Shown here: in pieces, positions 55,601 through 64,000 of the stretch
Numbering within the stretch: position 1 is the first letter of the stretch
Layout of the letters: every line of letters begins with the position of its first letter
NCBI GenBank assembly: GCA_964016885.1
Contig: OZ024744.1
Coordinates: forward strand, 20,522,001 to 20,586,000
Length of the DNA: 64,000 bases
Direction of reading: 5' to 3'
DNA from: Eledone cirrhosa
Lineage: Eukaryota
Program-made: the position numbers and the translations under genes
The notes under the pieces: model-generated
Told to the model about the DNA's origin: nothing
The model's database searches: none
Seen by the model: the letters and a program-made list of their open reading frames with translations, nothing else

Positions 55601-58235
55601 TCTTATGAGCTAACTCATTTTAACAACAGTTGAATCTTAAGTTCAGACTCGTTTTAACAACAGTTGAATCTTAAGAACTGACTCGTTTTAACAACAGCTG
55701 AATCTTAAGATAAAACTCGTTTTAACAACAGTTGAATCTTAAGAACTGACTCGTTTTAACAACAGCTGAATCTTAAGATAAAACTCGTTTTAACAACAGT
55801 TGAATCTTAAGATAAAACTCGTTTTAACAACAGTTGAATCTTAAGTACTGACTCGTTTTAACAACAGTTGAATCTTAAGATAAAACTCGTTTTAACAACA
55901 GTTGAATCTTATGAGCTAACTCATTTTAACAACAGTTGAATCTTAAGTTAAGACTCGTTTTAACAACAGTTGAATCTTAAGAACTGACTCGTTTTAACGA
56001 CAGCTGAATCTTAAGATAAAACTTGATTTAACAACAGTTGAATCTTAAGAACTGACTCGTTTTAACAACAGTTGAATCTTAAGACAAAACCCGTTTTAAC
56101 AACAGTTGAATCTTAAGAACTGTCTCGTTTTAACAACAGTTGAATCTTAAGATAAACCTCGTTTTAACAACAGTTTAATCTTAAGAACTGATTCGTTTTA
56201 ACAACAGTTGAATCTTAAGAACTGACTTGTTCTAACAACAGTTCAGCCTTAAGAACTGACTCGTTTTAAAACAGTTGAATCGTTAGAACTGACTCGTTTT
56301 AACAACGGTTGAATCTTAAAATAAAACTCGTTTTAACAATAATTGAATCTCAAGAACTGACTCGTTTTAGCAACAGTTGAATCTTAAGATAACACTCGTT
56401 TTCATAACAGTTGAATCTTAAGAACTGTCTCGTTTTAACAACAGTTGAATCTTAAGATAAACCTCGTTTTAACAACAGTTGATTCTTAAGAACCGACTCG
56501 TTTTAACAACAGTTAAATCTAAATAACTGACTCGTTTTAACAACAGTTGAATGTTAAGATAAAACTCGTTTTAACAATAGTTGAACCTTAAGAACTGACT
56601 CGTTTTAACAACAGTTGAATCTTAAGATAAAACTCGTTTTAACAACTGTTGAATCTTAAGAACTGACTCGTTTTAACAACAGCTGAATCTTAAGATAAAA
56701 CTCGTTTTAAGAACAGTTGAATCTTAAGAACTGACTCGTTTTAACAACAGTTGAATCTTAAGAACTGACTCGTTTTAATAACAGTTGAATCTTAAGATAA
56801 AACTCGTTTTAACAACAGTTGAATCTTAAGAACTGACTCGTTTTAACAACAGCTGAATCTTAAGATAAAACTCGTTTTAACAACAGTTGAATCCTAAGAA
56901 CTGACTTGTTTTATCAACAGTTCAACCGTAAGAACTGACTCGTTTTAACAACAGTTGAATGTTCAAATAAAACTCGTTTTAACAACAGTTGAATCTTAAG
57001 AACTGACTCGTTTTAACAACAGTTGAATCTTAAGAACTGACTCGTTTTAACAACAGTTAAATCTTAATAACTGACTCGTTTGAACAACAGTTGAATGTTA
57101 AGATAAAACTCGTTTTAACAACTGTTGAATCTTAAGAACTGACTCGTTTTAACAACAGCTGAATCTTAAGATAAAACTCGTTTTAACAACAGTTGAATCT
57201 TAAGAACTGACTCGTTTTAACAACAGTTAAATCTTCAAATAAAACTCGTTTTAACAACAGTTGAACATTAAGAACTGTCTCGTTTTAACAACAGTTGAAT
57301 GTTAAGATAAAACTCGTTTTAACAATAGTTGAATCTTAAGAACTGACTCGTTTTAACAACAGTTGAATCTTAAGATAAAACTCGTTTTAACAACAGTTGA
57401 ATCTTAAGAACTGAATCGTTTTAACAACAGCTGAATCTTAAAATAAAATTCGTTTTAACAACAGTTCAAACTTAAGAAATGACTCGTTTTAACAACAGTT
57501 GAATCTTATGAACTGACTCATTTTAACAACAGTTGAATCTTAAGAACTGACTCGTTTTAACAACAGTTGAATCTTAAAGATAAAACTCGTTTCAACAACA
57601 GTTGAATCTTAAGAACTGACTCTTTTTAACAACAGCTGAATCTTAAGATAAAACTCGTTTTAACAACAGTTGAATCTTAAGATAAAACTCGTTTTAACAA
57701 CAGTTGAATCTTAAGAACTGACTCGTTTTAACGACAGCTGAATCTTAAGATAAAACTCGTTTTAACAACAGTTGAATCTTAAGAACAGACTCGTTTTAAC
57801 AACAGTTGAATCTTAAGAACTGACTCGTTTTAACGACAGCTGAATCTTAAGATAAAACTCGTTTTAACAACAGTTCAAACTTAAGAAATGACTCGTTTTA
57901 ACAACAGTTGTATCTTATGAACTGACTCATTTTAACAACAGTTGAATCTTAAGAACTGATTCGTTTTAACAACAGCTGAATCTTAAGATAAAACTCGTTT
58001 TAACAACAGTTGAATCTTTAGAACTGACTCGTTTTAACAACAGCTGAATCTTAAGATAAAACTCGTTTTAACAACAGTTGAATCTTAAGAACTGACTCGT
58101 TTTAACAACAGCTGAATCTTAAGATAAAACTCGTTTTAACAACAGTTGAATCTTAAGATAAAACTCGTTTTAACAACAGTTGAATCTTAAGAACTGACTC
58201 TTTTTAACAACAGTTGAATCTTAAGATAAAACTCG
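43625..58235 (+). repeat. Tandem duplication, period 7,210-7,244 bp (~212-213 monomers)
   Basis: GCC 46690/53900 and 49036/56246, and GTTGTATC 48045/55255 and 50697/57907 (all offset 7210). GCC 44513/51757 has offset 7244 (one monomer lost near 52230). Confidence 0.9.
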
Positions 58236-60190
58236 TTTTGACAACAGTTGAATCTTATGAGCTAACTCATTTTAACAACAGTTGAATCTTAAGTTCAGAC
58301 TCGTTTTAACAACAGTTGAATCTTAAGAACTGACTCGTTTTAACAACAGCTGAATCTTAAGATAAAACTCGTTTTAACAACAGTTGAATCTTAAGAACTG
58401 ACTCGTTTTAACAACAGCTGAATCTTAAGATAAAACTCGTTTTAACAACAGTTGAATCTTAAGATAAAACTCGTTTTAACAACAGTTGAATCTTAAGTAC
58501 TGACTCGTTTTAACAACAGTTGAATCTTAAGATAAAACTCGTTTTAACAACAGTTGAATCTTATGAGCTAACTCATTTTAACAACAGTTGAATCTTAAGT
58601 TAAGACTCGTTTTAACAACAGTTGAATCTTAAGAACTGACTCGTTTTAACGACAGCTGAATCTTAAGATAAAACTTGATTTAACAACAGTTGAATCTTAA
58701 GAACTGACTCGTTTTAACAACAGTTGAATCTTAAGACAAAACCCGTTTTAACAACAGTTGAATCTTAAGAACTGTCTCGTTTTAACAACAGTTGAATCTT
58801 AAGATAAACCTCGTTTTAACAACAGTTTAATCTTAAGAACTGATTCGTTTTAACAACAGTTGAATCTTAAGAACTGACTTGTTCTAACAACAGTTCAGCC
58901 TTAAGAACTGACTCGTTTTAAAACAGTTGAATCGTTAGAACTGACTCGTTTTAACAACGGTTGAATCTTAAAATAAAACTCGTTTTAACAATAATTGAAT
59001 CTCAAGAACTGACTCGTTTTAGCAACAGTTGAATCTTAAGATAACACTCGTTTTCATAACAGTTGAATCTTAATAACTGTCTCGTTTTAACAACAGTTGA
59101 ATCTTAAGATAAACCTCGTTTTAACAACAGTTGATTCTTAAGAACCGACTCGTTTTAACAACAGTTAAATCTAAATAACTGACTCGTTTTAACAACAGTT
59201 GAATGTTAAGATAAAACTCGTTTTAACAATAGTTGAACCTTAAGAACTGACTCGTTTTAACAACAGTTGAATCTTAAGATAAAACTCGTTTTAACAACTG
59301 TTGAATCTTAAGAACTGACTCGTTTTAACAACAGCTGAATCTTAAGATAAAACTCGTTTTAAGAACAGTTGAATCTTAAGAACTGACTCGTTTTAACAAC
59401 AGTTGAATCTTAAGAACTGACTCGTTTTAATAACAGTTGAATCTTAAGATAAAACTCGTTTTAACAACAGTTGAATCTTAAGAACTGACTCGTTTTAACA
59501 ACAGCTGAATCTTAAGATAAAACTCGTTTTAACAACAGTTGAATCCTAAGAACTGACTTGTTTTATCAACAGTTCAACCGTAAGAACTGACTCGTTTTAA
59601 CAACAGTTGAATGTTCAAATAAAACTCGTTTTAACAACAGTTGAATCTTAAGAACTGACTCGTTTTAACAACAGTTGAATCTTAAGAACTGACTCGTTTT
59701 AACAACAGTTAAATCTTAATAACTGACTCGTTTTAACAACAGTTGAATGTTAAGATAAAACTCGTTTTAACAACTGTTGAATCTTAAGAACTGACTCGTT
59801 TTAACAACAGCTGAATCTTAAGATAAAACTCGTTTTAACAACAGTTGAATCTTAAGAACTGACTCCTTTTAACAACAGTTAAATCTTCAAATAAAACTCG
59901 TTTTAACAACAGTTGAACATTAAGAACTGTCTCGTTTTAACAACAGTTGAATGTTAAGATAAAACTCGTTTTATCAATAGTTGAATCTTAAGAACTGACT
60001 CGTTTTAACAACAGTTGAATCTTAAGATAAAACTCGTTTTAACAACAGTTGAATCTTAAGAACTGAATCGTTTTAACAACAGCTGAATCTTAAAATAAAA
60101 TTCGTTTTAACAACAGTTCAAACTTAAGAAATGACTCGTTTTAACAACAGTTGAATCTTATGAACTGACTCATTTTAACAACAGTTGAAT
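54900..60190 (+). repeat. Nested tandem duplication, period 2,652 bp (78 monomers)
   Basis: GCC 56246/58898 and GTTGTATC 55255/57907. The same offset is seen for 48045/50697. Confidence 0.82.
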
Positions 60191-63100
60191 CTTAAGAACT
60201 GATTCGTTTTAACAACAGTTGAATCTTAAGATAAAACTCGTTTTAACAACAGTGGAATCTTAAGAACTGACTCGTTTTAGCAACAGCTGAATCTTAAGAT
60301 AAAACTCGTTTTAACAACAGTTGAATCTTAAGAACTGACTCGTTTTAACAACAGCTGAATCTTAATATAAAACTCGTTTTAACAGCAGTTGAATCTTAAG
60401 ATAAAACTCGTTTTAACAACAGTTGAATCTTAAGAACTGACTCGTTTTAACAACAGTTGAATTTTAAGATAAACCTCGTTTTGACAACAGTTGAATCTTA
60501 AGAACTGACTCGTTTTAACAACAGTTGAACATTAAGAACTGTCTCGTTTTAACAACAGTTGAATGTTAAGATAAAACTCGTTTTAACAATAGTTGAATCT
60601 TAAGAACTGACTCGTTTTAACAACAGCTGAATCTTAAGATAAAACTCGTTTTAACAACAGTTCAAACTTAAGAAATGACTCGTTTTAACAACAGTTGAAT
60701 CTTATGAACTGACTCATTTTAACAACAGTTGAATCTTAAGAACTGATTCGTTTTAACAACAGTTGAATCTTAAGATAAAACTCGTTTTAACAACAGTTGA
60801 ATCTAAATAACTGACTCGTTTTAACAACAGTTGAATGTTAAGATAAAACTCGTTTTAACAATAGTTGAACCTTAAGAACTGACTCGTTATAACAACAGTT
60901 GAATCTTAAGATAAAACTCGTTTTAACAACTGTTGAATCTTAAGAACTGACTCGTTTTAACAACAGCTGAATCTTAAGACAAAACTCGTTTTAAGAACAG
61001 TTGAATCTTAAGAACTGACTCGTTTTAACAACAGTTGAATCTTAAGAACTGACTCGTTTTAACAACAGTTGAATGTTAAGATAAAACTCGTTTTAACAAT
61101 AGTTGAATCTTAAGAACTGACTCGTTTTAACAACAGTTGAATCTTAAGATAAAACTCGTTTTAACAACAGTTGAATCTTAAGAACTGACTCGTTTTAACA
61201 ACAGCTGAATCTTAATATAAAACTCGTTTTAACAACAGTTGAATCTTAAGAACTGACTCGTTTTAACAACAGTTGAATCTTAAGAACTGACTCGTTTTAA
61301 CGACAGCTGAATCTTAAGATAAAACTCGTTTTAACAACAGTTGGATCTTAAGAACTGACTCGTTTTAACAACAGTTGAATCTTACGATAAAACTCGTTTT
61401 AACAACAGTTGAATCTTATGAACTAACTCATTTTAACAACAGTTGAATCTTAAGTTAAGACTCGTTTTAACAACATTTGAATCTTAAGAACTGACTCGTT
61501 TTAACAACAGTTGAATCTTAAGACAAAACCCGTTTTAACAACAGTTGAATCTTAAGAACTGTCTCGTTTTAACAACAGTTGAATCTTAAGATAAACCTCG
61601 TTTTAACAACAGTTTAATCTTAAGAACAGACTCGTTTTAACAACAGTTGAATCTTAAGACAAAACTCGTTTTAACAACAGTTGAATCTTAAGAACTGACT
61701 TGTTCTAACAACAGTTCAGCCTTAAGAACTGACTCGTTTTAAAACAGTTGAATCGTTAGAACTGACTCGTTTTAACAACAGTTGAATCTTAAAATAAAAC
61801 TCGTTTTAACAATAGTTGAATCTCAAGAACTGACTTGTTTTAGCAACAGTTGAATCTTAAGATAACACTCGTTTTCATAACAGTTGAATCTTAAGAACTG
61901 TCTCGTTTCAACAACAGTTGAATCTTAAGAACTGACTCGTTTTGACAACAGTTGAATCTTAAGAACTGACTCGTTTTAACAACAGTTGAATGTTAAGATA
62001 AAACTCGTTTTAACAATAGTGGAATCTTAAGAACTGACTCGTTTTAACAACAGTTGAATCTTAAGATAAAACTCGTTTTAACAACAGTTCAATCTTAAGA
62101 ACTGACTCGTTTTAACAACAGCTGAATCTTAAGATAAAACTCGTTTTAACAACAGTTCAAACTTAAGAAATGACTCGTTTTAACAAAAGTTGAATCTTAT
62201 GAACTGACTCATTTTAACAACAGTTGAATCTTAAGATAACATTCGTTTTAACAACAGTTGAATCTTAAGAACTGACTCGTTTTAACAACAGTTGAATCTT
62301 AAAGATAAAACTCGTTTCGACAACAGTTGAATCTTAAGAACTGACTCGTTTTAACAACAGCTGAATCTTAAGATAAAACTCGTTTTAACAACAGTTGAAT
62401 CTTAAGATAAAACTCGTTTTAACAACAGTTGAATCTTAAGAACTGACTCGTTTTAACGACAGCTGAATCTTAAGATAAAACTCGTTTTAACAACAGTTCA
62501 AACTTAAGAAATGACTCGTTTTAACAACAGTTGAATCTTATGAACTGACTCATTTTAACAACAGTTGAATCTTAAGAACTGATTCGTTTTAACAACAGCT
62601 GAATCTTAAGATAAAACTCGTTTTAACAACAGTTGAATCTTTAGAACTGACTCGTTTTAACAACAGCTGAATCTTAAGATAAAACTCGTTTTAACAACAG
62701 TTGAATCTTAAGAACTGACTCGTTTTAACAACAGCTGAATCTTAAGATAAAACTCGTTTTAACAACAGTTGAATCTTAAGATAAAACTCGTTTTAACAAC
62801 AGTTGAATCTTAAGAACTGACTCTTTTTAACAACAGTTGAATCTTAAGATAAAACTCGTTTTAACAACAGTTGAATCTTATGAGCTAACTCATTTTAACA
62901 ACAGTTGAATCTTAAGTTCAGACTCGTTTTAACAACAGTTGAATCTTAAGAACTGACTCGTTTTAACAACAGCTGAATCTTAAGATAAAACTCGTTTTAA
63001 CAACAGTTGAATCTTAAGAACTGACTCGTTTTAACAACAGCTGAATCTTAAGATAAAACTCGTTTTAACAACAGTTGAATCTTAAGATAAAACTCGTTTT

Positions 63101-64000
63101 AACAACAGTTGAATCTTAAGTACTGACTCGTTTTAACAACAGTTGAATCTTAAGATAAAACTCGTTTTAACAACAGTTGAATCTTATGAGCTCACTCATT
63201 TTAACAACAGTTGAATCTTAAGTTAAGACTCGTTTTAACAACAGTTGAATCTTAAGAACTGACTCGTTTTAACGACAGCTGAATCTTAAGATAAAACTTG
63301 ATTTAACAACAGTTGAATCTTAAAGATAAAACTCGCTTTAACAACAGTTGAATCTTAAGAACTGACTCGTTTTAACAACAGTTGAATCTTAAGACAAAAC
63401 CCGTTTTAACAACAGTTGAATCTTAAGAACTGTCTCGTTTTAACAACAGTTGAATCTTAAGATAAACCTCGTTTTAACAACAGTTTAATCTTAAGAACTG
63501 ACTCGTTTTAACAACAGTTGAATCTTAAGACAAAACTCGTTTTAACAACAGTTGAATCTTAAGAACTGACTTGTTCTAACAACAGTTCAGCCTTAAGAAC
63601 TGACTCGTTTTAAAACAGTTGAATCGTTAGAACTGACTCGTTTTAACAACAGTTGAATCTTAAAATAAAACTCGTTTTAACAATAGTTGAATCTCAAGAA
63701 CTGACTCGTTTTAGCAACAGTTGAATCTTAAGATAACACTCGTTTTCATAACAGTTGAATCTTAAGAACTGTCTCGTTTTAACAACAGTTGAATCTTAAG
63801 ATAAACCTCGTTTTAACAACAGTTGAATCTTAAGAACTGACTCGTTTTAACAACAGTTAAATCTTAATAACAGACTCGTTTTAACAACAGTTGAATCTTA
63901 AGATAAAACTCGTTTTAACAACTGTTGAATCTTAAGAACTGACTCGTTTTAACAACAGCTGAATCTTAAGATAAAACTCGTTTTAACAACAGTTGAATCT

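Larger units (their letters stand above)
1..64000. repeat. 34-bp tandem satellite DNA array (~1,880 monomers, head-to-tail, one orientation; runs off both window ends)
   Basis: The monomer GTTGAATCTTAAG(AACTGAC|ATAAAAC)TCGTTTTAACAACA repeats throughout, e.g. starts at 1021, 1055, 1089. No non-repeat sequence was seen. Rare 33-bp and 35-bp monomers occur. Confidence 0.99.

Noticed and set aside
1-64000. CRISPR array (30-37 bp repeat containing GTTTTA and GTTGAA motifs with partial palindromy)
   Set aside because: The repeats abut directly with no unique spacers; the variable segment is only ~4 bp with two main states. There is no leader or cas gene.
1-64000. Protein-coding tandem repeat
   Set aside because: 34 is not a multiple of 3. 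Type A has stops in all three + frames (TGA at 3, TAA at 10, TGA at 17, TAA at 27). The - strand has TAA in two frames and the frame shifts every monomer, so ORFs are only a few tens of codons at most.
1-64000. Minus-strand ORF under a ciliate-type code (TAA/TAG read as Gln), since the consensus minus strand lacks TGA
   Set aside because: Common TCA variants (GTTCA, CTCA) introduce minus-strand TGA, single-base indels are tolerated, and nothing suggests codon-level constraint or that genetic code.
1-64000. Transposon or MITE insertion at the abundant TTAA sites (piggyBac-type targets), or an inversion
   Set aside because: No foreign sequence, terminal inverted repeats or strand switch were seen anywhere in the window.
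1-64000. Telomeric repeat or plasmid/phage iteron array
   Set aside because: There is no G-rich strand. The inherited higher-order variant patterns indicate recombinational amplification, not templated telomerase addition. The array is far too long for iterons and there is no rep gene.
1-64000. Sequencing or amplification artefact (concatemer, rolling circle)
   Set aside because: Variants are shared in hierarchical, position-dependent patterns at many different periods, which a single-template concatemer would not produce. Individual multi-kb duplications still need read validation.
1-64000. A/B monomer order as an information-bearing binary code
   Set aside because: The order is mostly simple alternation, and the departures are explained by whole-monomer deletions and block duplications.

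Overview
The whole 64-kb window is one uninterrupted, single-orientation, AT-rich (~29-30% GC by consensus) tandem satellite array of a 34-bp monomer, about 1,880 copies. Two monomer types mostly alternate: A = GTTGAATCTTAAG-AACTGAC-TCGTTTTAACAACA and B = GTTGAATCTTAAG-ATAAAAC-TCGTTTTAACAACA. I see no genes, RNA genes, transposons, CRISPR spacers or unique sequence. The interest is the nested architecture: an apparent 17-bp ancestral half-unit, the 34-bp monomer, a 68-bp A/B dimer, a ~650-bp cassette of ordered variant monomers that recurs 32 times at irregular spacing, near-identical tandem duplications of about 1.8, 2.65, 3.5, 4.2, 4.35 and 7.2 kb, and regional sub-families of variants. The monomer is tiled with short dyad symmetries and carries one CpG that has decayed to both TpG and CpA. 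This fits a eukaryotic (peri)centromeric or heterochromatic satellite, but that is inference; organism, family identity and function cannot be determined from this window. Coordinates were counted by hand, and block boundaries are approximate to one or two monomers.
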